Assembly (NCBI GenBank): GCA_964561545.1
Contig: CAZLQF010000004.1
Span: 71,338-135,337 of the forward strand
Reading direction: 5' to 3'
Source: an uncultured Sphingobacteriales bacterium
Lineage (GTDB): Bacteria > Bacteroidota > Bacteroidia > CAILMK01 > CAYYUA01
DNA length: 64,000 nucleotides
The notes under the pieces are model-generated. The model was not told where the DNA came from, made no database searches, and was given only the letters and a program-made list of their open reading frames with translations. The position numbers and the translations under genes are program-made. Below, one piece after another: positions 41,285-50,649 of the stretch (position 1 is its first letter; each line of letters starts with the position of its first letter).

Positions 41285-42538
41285 ATGTTACGATTTAAAC
41301 AAATTTTCTCAATCATTTTATTAACTACTCCTTTATTTTTATTCAGTCAAGAGGAGACCAGAAATTTATCGCTTGATGCTGCAGGTGGCGGTAGCTTAAT
41401 TCACGGTGACATTAATAGTGATTTTGGCTATTTTGGAAACTTGGGGTTGAAATACAACTTGTCAAACCAGTTTGGTCTAAAAGGGAGTTTGAGCTACGGC
41501 TTACTTCAAGGAGAAGATAGTGATCCCAAACAATCTTTTGAAAATCAATTCTTTCAATATTCCTTGAAAGGCGTTTTCAATGTTTCTCAAATGGCAGATA
41601 TTCACAAAACACTCCCTAATATAAATCTTCATTCTTATGCAGGAGTAGGTATGATGCAAAATGATGCTACTGATACAAGGGAACCCAGTGAGGTTCCAGA
41701 AGGCGAAGAATTAAGAGAAGATTATACAGGGTCCAATATTGTGATTCCTTTAGGAGTTAATATTGAGTTTAAATTATCCGATAGATTAGATCTGTTTGCT
41801 GACGTAAATTACAATTATACCAATAATGATGAATTGGATGGTTTTGATCCACCTACGGGAGCCAACCAATTTACTGATGCCTACTCTACTTATACTTTAG
41901 GATTATCATTTAAGTTTGGAGATGCCTCTAAAAAACATGCAGATTGGGCTACAACATCTATGGAAAAAGAAATTGAAAGGTTGAAATCCCAACAAAAAAA
42001 GAGAATTGATACCATCGTCAACAAAGTAAACAATGTTCAGTCTCGAATTGTGGAATTAAGGGCAAACAGTGCTGATCAAGAAACCATTAAGAAATTAGAG
42101 ACAAAAATTAATAAAGAAATTCAAAAAGTTGAAGAAAAAGAGGGTGAAAGAAAAGAAGGTGAACAAAACGGAAACGGTAAAAAAGCTGCACGTTCTGATG
42201 GATCCGATGGTGTAGGAAATGAAGCAGAAATATCTGAAAGGGCTGGGACGTCTAACAATGTAAGTATCAGTAATAAGCGATTTATAAATGTAGTTGGTTC
42301 GTTTAAAAATGAAGAAGATGCTAAATCTTTTGTCAAAAAAGTAGAAAAACAAGGATACAATCCCGGGATGCTATACAACTACGATAACGGAGGCTGGTAC
42401 TATATTCATGTCAACAAGCATGAAAAGTTTAAAGAATCCAGAAAGGCCTTAAAAGAAGTAAGAAAGGATCTTGATGTTTCTGATGCCTGGATTTATTACC
42501 GCTCCGCAGATGATATTGAAAAATATCAAGGTCAATAA
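41285..42538 (+). CDS. Outer-membrane beta-barrel (OmpA-N-like) protein with a coiled-coil linker and a C-terminal SPOR peptidoglycan-binding domain
   Basis: Signal peptide. An approximately 200 aa beta-barrel-like N-domain with aromatic strand ends (LSFKFG). A K/E-rich coiled coil spans residues 230-300. The C-terminal 75 aa (INVVGSFKNEEDAKSFVKKVEKQGYNPGMLYN...YYIHV) resemble a SPOR domain. Confidence 0.55.
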   Translation: MLRFKQIFSIILLTTPLFLFSQEETRNLSLDAAGGGSLIHGDINSDFGYFGNLGLKYNLSNQFGLKGSLSYGLLQGEDSDPKQSFENQFFQYSLKGVFNVSQMADIHKTLPNINLHSYAGVGMMQNDATDTREPSEVPEGEELREDYTGSNIVIPLGVNIEFKLSDRLDLFADVNYNYTNNDELDGFDPPTGANQFTDAYSTYTLGLSFKFGDASKKHADWATTSMEKEIERLKSQQKKRIDTIVNKVNNVQSRIVELRANSADQETIKKLETKINKEIQKVEEKEGERKEGEQNGNGKKAARSDGSDGVGNEAEISERAGTSNNVSISNKRFINVVGSFKNEEDAKSFVKKVEKQGYNPGMLYNYDNGGWYYIHVNKHEKFKESRKALKEVRKDLDVSDAWIYYRSADDIEKYQGQ

Positions 42539-42565
42539 TCAAAAGTTTTTGCTAAAATATTAATA

Positions 42566-42597
42566 CAAAAAACCCGGCTTCTGCCGGGTTTTTTTAC
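42566..42597 (+). terminator. Rho-independent terminator
   Basis: Perfect GC hairpin aacccggc-ttct-gccgggtt followed by ttttttt, 30 nt after the stop of the SPOR-domain gene. Confidence 0.75.
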
Positions 42598-42920
42598 ATC
42601 TTCTTTGATTCAAGTATGAAAAAATGAACTGTAAAGGTTCAGCTTATCTTGGAACTTACTTATCAAAAATCTCAAGTTCTGTATTGATCTTTTGGCTGTT
42701 TTAATTATCGTTAAATTATTAAGATCAGCTAAAGTTAGGTATCCTGGTTTTACCAAGAAAATTACCAATCCAAACAGGTAGCCCTCAAGCTTTTATTACC
42801 AATCCAATATCAATAGGGCATTTTAGTTGTTTGCGCCTTAAATAGATCATCGGAATACCTTATGTGGATCAAAATGGTTATTCTGGCGAGGACTTATAGA
42901 CCCAATTCTCCGGTAATCCA

Positions 42921-42960
42921 AATAAAAAAAAGCAAGCGCTTCCAAACGCTTGCTTTTTTA
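42921..42960 (-). terminator. Bidirectional intrinsic terminator serving the minus-strand M28 peptidase gene
   Basis: Hairpin agcaagcgc-ttccaaa-cgcttgct flanked by an A-tract on one side and a T-tract on the other, 25 nt downstream of the peptidase stop. Confidence 0.65.
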
Positions 42961-42984
42961 AAGTAAAAAAGAGTAGAGCTTCTG

Positions 42985-44610
42985 CTATTCAATAACCAAT
43001 TTCTTGTTAATGGTTTGATGCCCGTCATTTACTTCAAGGTGGTAAATACCGGCATTAAGCTGGTTTGTATTTAACCTTATTTTTTGATTGCCTTGGATGG
43101 AGCTGGATTGGTCCAGCATCAATTTTCCCTGGGTATTGTAGACTTTCAATTGAATTTGGCTATTCAATGAACCATCAAAGCGAATACTGATCTTATTATC
43201 ATTAGCTGGATTGGGGAAGATTTTAACACTGCTGGCATTGGCCTGGTTGGGTTGTTGAATGTTGGTGGGGTTGCTAACCATGGTAGATGCGGAAGTGCTG
43301 TTCATAATTTGAGCTTCTTCACATATAGCACCAATGGTTGCTTTTACCACGTTGGTCATGAACGTGTAGTCAAAATAACCAATGGTATCTTGTGCCGTAT
43401 GGTAATTGGGATTCCTGAAATCTGCCGTATTGGTCAGCATAAGGGCTACATGGCCGCTGTCCCAAAAGCTTGCATGATCACTCCTTCGTAAATCTGGAGG
43501 AATCGGACCAAATAACGGACTTCCGATAGATACTACATCTAATCCCGGGACATACCAAGATGCAGCACTGTCATAAGCAGCCATAATTCCCTCTGATTCC
43601 CCGTTTGCTACATTGGCTATGAAATCGCCTCTAAAACTGTCTGCTTCAACTTCACTGTAAACATCGGGATAAATCTGTTCAAATCCGGGAGGGAAATTTT
43701 GGGTATTCTTTTTACTGGTACTATAACCAATCATTTCAAAATTAAAAACTCCTCCGATGTGGGTTTCATTTGAAATTTGGGTGGCTACATATTCTTTACT
43801 GCCTAAACGGAAATTGCCGGTTTCTTCCTGGTCAAAACCAATGAATTTAATGGTATGATCAAAATGATAATTGGATAGGATGCGTGCTGCCTCAAGCAAT
43901 CCGGCCACACCTGAGCCATTGTCATCTGCGCCTGGACTTCCTTGTACGCCATCAAAATGAGCATCGATAATATAAGTGGTATCTGCAGCTTTAAGGCCAT
44001 TTTTGCTACCTATGATGTTATGAGCATCATAACCTTGAAAGGTAAAGCCATGCCTGTTGGTTACCAAGCCATTGGCCCCGAATCGTGATTCTATTGAATC
44101 CTTAACTTCATTGAGATGAGCCAGGCCATCATCTTTGTGCCGATTGCCGGCAATGACCTCAAGATTGCTTTCCAATCGCTGGCTATCTACCTGATTGACG
44201 ATGGATTGAACATCCACTTCCTGCCGGTCATTGGCTACCAGATTAACCTGGTAATTGGTAATGGTGCTGATGGAATCATTGTAATCCCAGGTGATTTCCT
44301 TGCTGGTACCCGGAGTAACGGGATACCCTACGTCACCGGAAACGTTAGACTCATTACTCATGAAGGTAGTGCCTCCGTCAGCAGAAGCTCTGAAAATGAC
44401 CTCTACATCGTCATCTTCGGCATCCGATAGGTCATAAGTAACGGTAACGGTCCCATCACCTTCATTGTTGGTGGCGGCTACATTACTTACTTCAGGTGCC
44501 TGATTTTGAGCAAAAGTCATAAAAGGCATGACTATCATGCCCATCAAAGCAGCTTTCCAGTTAAAAAAAGTAAAATAATTAGTAAAAATACGTAAACATT
44601 TGGTTAACAT
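42985..44610 (-). CDS. M28-family zinc aminopeptidase with T9SS C-terminal sorting domain
   Basis: M28 metal-binding block IIDAHFDGVQGSPGADDNGSGVAGLLEAARIL. C-terminal 80 aa (VKIFPNPANDNKISIRF...LVIE) show the T9SS sorting domain pattern. An N-terminal signal peptide is present. Confidence 0.8.
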   Translation of the reverse strand: MLTKCLRIFTNYFTFFNWKAALMGMIVMPFMTFAQNQAPEVSNVAATNNEGDGTVTVTYDLSDAEDDDVEVIFRASADGGTTFMSNESNVSGDVGYPVTPGTSKEITWDYNDSISTITNYQVNLVANDRQEVDVQSIVNQVDSQRLESNLEVIAGNRHKDDGLAHLNEVKDSIESRFGANGLVTNRHGFTFQGYDAHNIIGSKNGLKAADTTYIIDAHFDGVQGSPGADDNGSGVAGLLEAARILSNYHFDHTIKFIGFDQEETGNFRLGSKEYVATQISNETHIGGVFNFEMIGYSTSKKNTQNFPPGFEQIYPDVYSEVEADSFRGDFIANVANGESEGIMAAYDSAASWYVPGLDVVSIGSPLFGPIPPDLRRSDHASFWDSGHVALMLTNTADFRNPNYHTAQDTIGYFDYTFMTNVVKATIGAICEEAQIMNSTSASTMVSNPTNIQQPNQANASSVKIFPNPANDNKISIRFDGSLNSQIQLKVYNTQGKLMLDQSSSIQGNQKIRLNTNQLNAGIYHLEVNDGHQTINKKLVIE

Positions 44611-44809
44611 AGCTAAATGGTTTTTGGTTTAGTTTCAAATATAGAAAAAGTTGCTAACATTAAAAGGTGTTTGCAAGCAATGAAAACAATAAGATATTTA
44701 AAAAGAGAAAAAGCTAATGTTGATGGTCAATAATCACTCAAATTTACCATAATAGCTTTTTATAAAAATTAAGCGTAACCCATCATTAAACAGAAGATCA
44801 AAGCTCTAC

Positions 44810-45370
44810 TTATCCATTGTAAGTAGACATCGTCTTATCGATCCCTTGAAAAGCAAAGTCCTTAATAGCTGCTACTGCGTTGGTGATGGGTGCTTTTAAT
44901 GTGTTGAGTTCTTCATCAGACCATTTCCCAAGTACATGGTCAACTTGCTTGCCCCTTGCAAATTCATCCCCAATGCCAATGCGCAACCGTGGAAAATCCT
45001 GTGTTTGGATGGTATCAATAATGTTCTTTAGCCCATTGTGGCCACCATCTCCGCCTTTCTTTTTCAATCTGATTTTGCCTAAGGGAAGCGCCAAATCATC
45101 TGTGATGATTAATATTTGTTGAGGAGGAATATTGAGTTCGTGCATCCAGTACCTCACAGCCTTGCCACTTAGATTCACAAGGGTGGTAGGTTTGATGCAG
45201 TAAAGATAGCGGTTTTTGATCTTATGTTCACCATAATAGGCATGGCGTGCAAGCTCAAAGCTAAAATTGGATGCCTCCGCAAAAGCATCCAATACCTTAA
45301 ATCCTATATTGTGCCTGGTGTTTTCGTATTCAGGTCCAACGTTTCCTAAGCCAACGATCAGGTATTTCAT
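44810..45370 (-). CDS. pth: Peptidyl-tRNA hydrolase
   Basis: Canonical N-terminus MKYLIVGLGNVGPEYENTRHNIGF with the catalytic His. Confidence 0.95.
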   Translation of the reverse strand: MKYLIVGLGNVGPEYENTRHNIGFKVLDAFAEASNFSFELARHAYYGEHKIKNRYLYCIKPTTLVNLSGKAVRYWMHELNIPPQQILIITDDLALPLGKIRLKKKGGDGGHNGLKNIIDTIQTQDFPRLRIGIGDEFARGKQVDHVLGKWSDEELNTLKAPITNAVAAIKDFAFQGIDKTMSTYNG

Positions 45371-45525
45371 GCGGAGCTCAATTTAATGGCGTCTAAATGC
45401 TGGTTTAGTTATAAGGACCTGATACCCTTACCTTGTTTCAAGAAGCAAAGCTTACAATTTGAATCAACCTATCCGAAAAATTGATACTTTGCTTGAAGCT
45501 ACTTTTGAATAATGATTAGGTGATT

Positions 45526-46167
45526 TTACGCTTCACTTTCAGAATCTTCTTCACCTTCTTCAGTAACTTCAGGTTCTCCTTCAGTACCTTCCACTTCTTC
45601 TTCCGTTAATGCCATTTTCTTGCCTTTGGGAAGTTGTACCATGGCAATGGTGACTTGTTCGTTCATGTCAACGGTTAGGCCTGAGAAAGACAGATCTCTA
45701 ACTTTTATAGAACCACCCAACTTTAATTTGGAAACGTCTATTTCTAAATGTTCAGGGATGTCTTTTACTTTTCCCTTGATTTTTAATTTCCTAACAGGCT
45801 TAAAAAGGCGACCACCATCTCTAACCCCTTTTGCCGTTCCTGTAAAGAAAAGTGGAATTTCTATGGTAACCTCTTTTTCATCATCTACTTTAAGGAAGTC
45901 AATATGTTGCACTTCGTCTGATATGGGATGAAATTCAGCATCTTGTATGATGGCCTCATGTTTTTTTCCATCTATCATCAAATTAATTTTATAAACATCA
46001 GGCGTAAACGTCACTTGTTTTACATCATTAAGAAAGCTGTAAAAGTGAACATTCTCTTGGTTGCCACCATATAGTACACAAGGGATGAGGCCTTGATCCC
46101 TTAATTTGGTGGCATCGCTTTTACCAAAGTTTTGTCGCTCTTCGCCTTTTATTGTTTTTAATTTCAT
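45526..46167 (-). CDS. rplY: 50S ribosomal protein L25 / general stress protein Ctc
   Basis: The L25 beta-barrel N-domain plus the Ctc C-domain with an acidic tail. It sits between prs and pth, as is widely conserved. Confidence 0.9.
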   Translation of the reverse strand: MKLKTIKGEERQNFGKSDATKLRDQGLIPCVLYGGNQENVHFYSFLNDVKQVTFTPDVYKINLMIDGKKHEAIIQDAEFHPISDEVQHIDFLKVDDEKEVTIEIPLFFTGTAKGVRDGGRLFKPVRKLKIKGKVKDIPEHLEIDVSKLKLGGSIKVRDLSFSGLTVDMNEQVTIAMVQLPKGKKMALTEEEVEGTEGEPEVTEEGEEDSESEA

Positions 46168-46267
46168 TGTTTAACTTTATTTTGGAGTGCAAATATAGAT
46201 ATTTTTTAAAAGCAGCCTAAATTCTCCGAATTAATAATTAGAATTCTAAGGCTCCTGTTATAGAGCA

Positions 46268-47239
46268 TTAAAAATTTAAATCTTGCTGGTAGGAATCGTA
46301 CATCTGGAAAAGGGAACTTATAGAACCATGCTCATAAACATTACGAATTGCATTCGCAAAAAGGTTAGCAGTAGACAAAGATTTAATTTTCGATGACTTT
46401 TGCTTGATGGGAATGGTATCGCAAACCACAAGTTCGCTTAAGGAAGATTCTTCAATGTGTTCATAAGCTTTTCCTGATAGTATGGGGTGCGTAATACAAG
46501 CTCTTACGGACTTGGCACCTTTTTCCATGATCATGTCAGCGGCCCTCCTAAGCGTACCTCCGGTATCGATAATATCATCCACCATTATCACATTTTTATC
46601 CTGAACATCACCAATTAAGTTCATGCCTTTTATTTGGTTGGCTTGCTTCCGGATCTTATCACATATGACCAAATCAGCATCCAGCTCATCGGCAAATTGG
46701 CGAGCTCTTTTTACGCCACCAATGTCGGGGGAAGCTATGGTGATGTTATCAATATCAAGGCTTTTGATGTAAGGAAGGAAAATTACGGAAGCATCCAGAT
46801 GATCAACTGGAATGTCAAAAAAACCCTGAATTTGATCAGCGTGTAAATCCATGGTCATCAAACGGCTTGCACCAGCTGAAGAAATAAGGTTGGCAACCAT
46901 TTTTGATGCGATAGAAACACGCGGTTTGTCCTTACGGTCTTGACGGGCATAACCATAGTAAGGGACAACCGCTGAAATGTAATGAGCAGAAGCCCTTTTG
47001 GCTGCATCGATCATCATTAACAACTCCATCAAGTTTTGGTCAGGGCTAAACGTAGATTGGATAAGGAAAATATCACAACCTCTTACAGTCTCCGTAAAGT
47101 AGGGCTCAATTTCTCCGTCACTGAATTCATCTACGTGCACATCGCCCAAAGGTTTGCCAAAGCTCTCAGAAATACTTTGGGCTAAGTTATGGCTGCTTCG
47201 CCCAGAAAAAATTTTAACCGGATTAAATCTAGATGGCAT
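46268..47239 (-). CDS. prs: Ribose-phosphate pyrophosphokinase
   Basis: PRPP synthetase motifs, including the PRPP-binding loop VMVDDIIDTGGTL. Confidence 0.95.
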   Translation of the reverse strand: MPSRFNPVKIFSGRSSHNLAQSISESFGKPLGDVHVDEFSDGEIEPYFTETVRGCDIFLIQSTFSPDQNLMELLMMIDAAKRASAHYISAVVPYYGYARQDRKDKPRVSIASKMVANLISSAGASRLMTMDLHADQIQGFFDIPVDHLDASVIFLPYIKSLDIDNITIASPDIGGVKRARQFADELDADLVICDKIRKQANQIKGMNLIGDVQDKNVIMVDDIIDTGGTLRRAADMIMEKGAKSVRACITHPILSGKAYEHIEESSLSELVVCDTIPIKQKSSKIKSLSTANLFANAIRNVYEHGSISSLFQMYDSYQQDLNF

Positions 47240-47270
47240 ACCGCATCATCCTATTGGAAGGTGAAAAATG

Positions 47271-47343
47271 TTGTCCGGCCAGGGCTCGAACCTGGACTCT
47301 TCAGGACCAAAACCTGACGTGTTGCCACTTACACCACCGGACA
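47271..47343 (-). tRNA. tRNA-Gln (anticodon UUG)
   Basis: The reverse complement folds as a cloverleaf. It has a 7 bp acceptor stem (TGTCCGG/CCGGACA), a T-arm CCAGG-TTCGAGC-CCTGG, and an anticodon stem TCAGG/CCTGA with loop TTTTGGT (anticodon TTG). CCA is not encoded. Confidence 0.8.
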
Positions 47344-47355
47344 TTTTTGCCGGGG

Positions 47356-47387
47356 CAAATATAGATGTTCAGTTATTTCATTCCAAA
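47356..47387 (-). promoter_or_regulatory. Putative Bacteroidota sigma-A-type promoter for tRNA-Gln (-33 TTTG, -7 TAnnTTTG)
   Basis: Read on the minus strand, the sequence is TTTG-(20 nt)-TATATTTG, ending 11 nt before the tRNA 5' end. It matches the known Bacteroidetes -33/-7 consensus and spacing. Confidence 0.35.
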
Positions 47388-47624
47388 AATGCCAATCGAA
47401 ATTTTAAACTTTTTTTAATTAAGTTTTATTCAAGCTGAATCGTCTGGCTTTAAGGGAATTGACAACGTTTTTTAAAATTAGATAGGTTGGGTTTTTATTG
47501 TAATAAGAAGGCCAATTGAGGTTTAATAGTCAATCAAATACCTGTTTAGGTCGTATTAATCTTTTAATGGTTAGGCTTTGCTATCGCTGGGTTCTCTTTT
47601 GAAAAAAGTACTGTTGATCAAGAA

Positions 47625-48605
47625 TTAAGATTGGTAATAGTCCTTAAGAATTTCATCCATGACCCAATTGATCCTTGCAGCAGATTCAGCGTTGGAAGGA
47701 AAATCAATTTCTCTTTGTAATCCTTTCACCACTTGTTCTATGAAGGGTTGTTCTATATGGCCCGGTTGAGTATAAGTTAGCTCTTCACGTTTATTATTGT
47801 TTTCTAAAATTAGTGGGGCTGTACCATGATTGGCAAAGGTTAATCGACCCTTGGATCCAAAAATAGTGTTGGTATCGAGGTAATTTTGGGTGTTAAAACA
47901 CCAGTTGCCTGTTCCAATTACGCCATTGGCAAATTGGAAAGTAGCGGATACCGAATCTTCAGCCTCAGATATTTTTGCTTGGTTGGTGACTTGCGAAGTT
48001 ACCCTTTGAACCGGGCCAAAACAAAAATCCAATACATCAATAAGGTGGCAAGCTAAATCAACAAACAAGCCACCACCAGAAATTTCGGGATTAATGCGCC
48101 ATGGAAGTTCTTGACCAACAGCAGGAGCTGGTTTTACAAGAATAGTAGCAAAACTCCTCACTTCACCAATGCTACCATTATCGATAACTTCCTTGATCTT
48201 AAGGAATTTGGGCAAGGCTCTTCTATAATAAGCTACATATAAAGGCGTGCTTGTTGTTTGCATGGTTTCTATCATTTCAAGGCATTCTTGGTAATTCCTC
48301 CCCATGGGTTTTTCTACGTAAACGGGTTTACCCGCTTTTAGGCATGCTATTGCTTGAGACTTATGATATGCCGGAGGTGTGGCTATATATACAGCATCAA
48401 TTTCAGGATCCTTGATTAAATCGCTTGCATCATCGTAGTATTTGGGCACTCCATGTCGCTCAGCATAATCTTTAGCTAAATTGGTATTTCGCCTCATTAC
48501 AGCATAAAGTTGGGAATTAGATACTTTGTAAAAAGCTGGACCGCTTTTTTTTTCGGTTACATTCCCACATCCAAGGATGCCCCATTTGATGGATTTCGAT
48601 TTCAT
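47625..48605 (-). CDS. Gfo/Idh/MocA-family NAD(P)-dependent oxidoreductase
   Basis: N-terminal Rossmann (KWGILGCGNV) and the family's EKP motif (VYVEKPMG). Confidence 0.85.
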   Translation of the reverse strand: MKSKSIKWGILGCGNVTEKKSGPAFYKVSNSQLYAVMRRNTNLAKDYAERHGVPKYYDDASDLIKDPEIDAVYIATPPAYHKSQAIACLKAGKPVYVEKPMGRNYQECLEMIETMQTTSTPLYVAYYRRALPKFLKIKEVIDNGSIGEVRSFATILVKPAPAVGQELPWRINPEISGGGLFVDLACHLIDVLDFCFGPVQRVTSQVTNQAKISEAEDSVSATFQFANGVIGTGNWCFNTQNYLDTNTIFGSKGRLTFANHGTAPLILENNNKREELTYTQPGHIEQPFIEQVVKGLQREIDFPSNAESAARINWVMDEILKDYYQS

Positions 48606-48847
48606 AGTTCAGATTTTCCTTTGAGAAAAATAGGAAGACCAGTAAATAAGCATTAAGCTAATTTATTTTTAACGGTCAAACATATCAGTTTTGATTAAAT
48701 ATTAAGCCTCAAAACAGATTCCAAAAATACTGAATCAATTATTACCAATTTTAAATTTTGAGTGGTCAATATTTAAGCAATCAGCCTAAAATGGTGCATT
48801 ATCGATTTAAACAAGTAACCATTCGAGCAATAATTACTGGTCTCAGG

Positions 48848-49429
48848 TTATTGCTTGTTGTAAGTATGTGTTTTTGCATATTCATTGTTAATGCGCATAA
48901 GCAGAACAATATCAACAAAAGCATGGGCTGTAATAGCAGCTACCAAGCCAATTTGTTGGTATAAATACCCAAAGCCTGCAGCGATAAACACCATCAAGAC
49001 TCCATATATACTTAACCGCCAATTATTGGGATTAAGGTAGCCATGTAAAGCGACAAATATAAGCGCAGCCCACCAAATACCCATCAAAGGTTGTAGCGAA
49101 GCCCTGAATAAGACTTCTTCTCCAACCCCCGCACAAATAGATATGAACACGATATCTTTAGTATTAAAGGTAAACCCTCCTAAAAACGGTACAAAAAAAT
49201 TTTTAACGGATACCATGAATTTACTTTCAATAAGCTTCCAGGCAAGCAATGCGCTTACAGTGCCATATCCAGCTCCAATTAATAACTGAGAAATTATGGA
49301 GAAGTTACCATTAAAAGCTTCTATTAACGACCTTCCAAGAGAAAAATGATTCACAATCCAGCCTATCGCTATAAAAATTAGTAGGGACCCTAATGCTAAC
49401 TGGTTAATTTGTCTTTTTTTGACTTTCAA
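48848..49429 (-). CDS. CPBP-family (CAAX / Abi) intramembrane metalloprotease
   Basis: A polytopic 193 aa protein with the three CPBP motifs: EEVLFR (motif 1, GVGEEVLFRASL), FxxxH (LIFVALHGY) and HxxxD (ITAHAFVDIV). Confidence 0.75.
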   Translation of the reverse strand: MKVKKRQINQLALGSLLIFIAIGWIVNHFSLGRSLIEAFNGNFSIISQLLIGAGYGTVSALLAWKLIESKFMVSVKNFFVPFLGGFTFNTKDIVFISICAGVGEEVLFRASLQPLMGIWWAALIFVALHGYLNPNNWRLSIYGVLMVFIAAGFGYLYQQIGLVAAITAHAFVDIVLLMRINNEYAKTHTYNKQ

Positions 49430-49547
49430 TAGTTAATGCTTGAGATTGGATATTTATAACAAACGATTCCAGGAGATATACATATAAAAATAGCGCTGAA
49501 CATGGTCCAACGCTATTTATATTACATTTAGAAATGTTGGTTTTGTT

Positions 49548-49970
49548 TTAACGACTTCGTTTAAGCATGTCAATCAGGACATTCTGATTTTCAATAATCT
49601 TATCTTGCTTGTTTTTGGTGTCCTGAACAGCTTTTAACCTTTTCTCACAATCATTTAATTTGCGGGTAAGAATTTCATTTTCCTCCTCTTTATTGTCTTC
49701 TTCCAACATATCACCTTCACCAGTCATAAGCCATGACCATCTTACGCCACTAATTTTAATGATTTTATTTAGCAGAGGAATAGTGGGAAAAGTATTGCCA
49801 TTTTCTATGTTTGAAAAGTGACTTTGCGGAATTTCCAAACGTTTAGATAATTTGGTTTGATTTTCACCATAAACGCGATGACGAATTTGCTTAATTCGAT
49901 TCCCCAATTCTTGTTTGTACTGCTTAATTTCTGGTGTGTGGGTTTTGCCTCTACCTTTTTTTACTACCAT
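49548..49970 (-). CDS. XRE-family helix-turn-helix transcriptional regulator with a C-terminal coiled coil
   Basis: HTH_XRE-like segment QTKLSKRLEIPQSHFSNIENGNTFPTIPLLNKIIKISGVRWSWLMTGEG followed by a K/E-rich helical tail. It lies 118 nt upstream of, and co-oriented with, the CPBP gene. Confidence 0.7.
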   Translation of the reverse strand: MVVKKGRGKTHTPEIKQYKQELGNRIKQIRHRVYGENQTKLSKRLEIPQSHFSNIENGNTFPTIPLLNKIIKISGVRWSWLMTGEGDMLEEDNKEEENEILTRKLNDCEKRLKAVQDTKNKQDKIIENQNVLIDMLKRSR

Positions 49971-50649
49971 TTTAATGTATTGTTTTTATTGTTTAACCTG
50001 AAATATACTTAGTGGGTCTTAAAAAAATTACTATATTTTTACTTTTGACCTTGTTTTATAAAATAACATTGCAAAATTATAAAAGTTTCTAATTTAATGG
50101 AAATGCTTAAACAATTTTAGCTGTAAAAATTGATAAGGCTTATTTATTTTTAAGTTGTATAGCATTAAAACAGTTTTTTGATAAATAGTTATTAACACAG
50201 AATTTTTGCTTTAATTTTTATCTCCCAATGTAAAGGATATTCAAAGAACATTTTTGAGAATGTCTTTCATAACCTTTCTATTGATTAAAAATAAAGGTAC
50301 TTGTTTGTAAATGACTGACTATTTTTAAGAAAAACAGGTGATAGATCACTATCAAGGTTATATGATAAATTATTCACCCCATTTTTTATCTATACTTGAA
50401 GAATTAACTCTTCTCAATAAAGTATTAGCATGGGTGGAAGTTTTATTAAACCTGTAATTTCAAAAAGTACCCATATCCCGCTTCTAAGCCATTAAATCAT
50501 TTGAAATATAACTAAATGCGATTATGTTTTTTCCTCATCAATATTTACAATGCTCATCAAAAACTGAACCAAACTAATTAAAATAAACCTTTATTAGGTT
50601 TTTAGTGAACCGCAATATTTGTTGAAATTTGCCCCAAAACATTTAAAGT

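Noticed and set aside
42598-42920. Short ORFs of 26 to 34 aa between the two terminators
   Set aside because: The longer one reads through the downstream terminator hairpin, and neither has supporting features. The region was treated as an inter-terminator spacer.
47240-47650. Possible integrative element or prophage attachment at tRNA-Gln
   Set aside because: No integrase, excisionase or direct repeat of the tRNA 3' end was found. The flanking genes are the conserved pth-rplY-prs cluster and an oxidoreductase.
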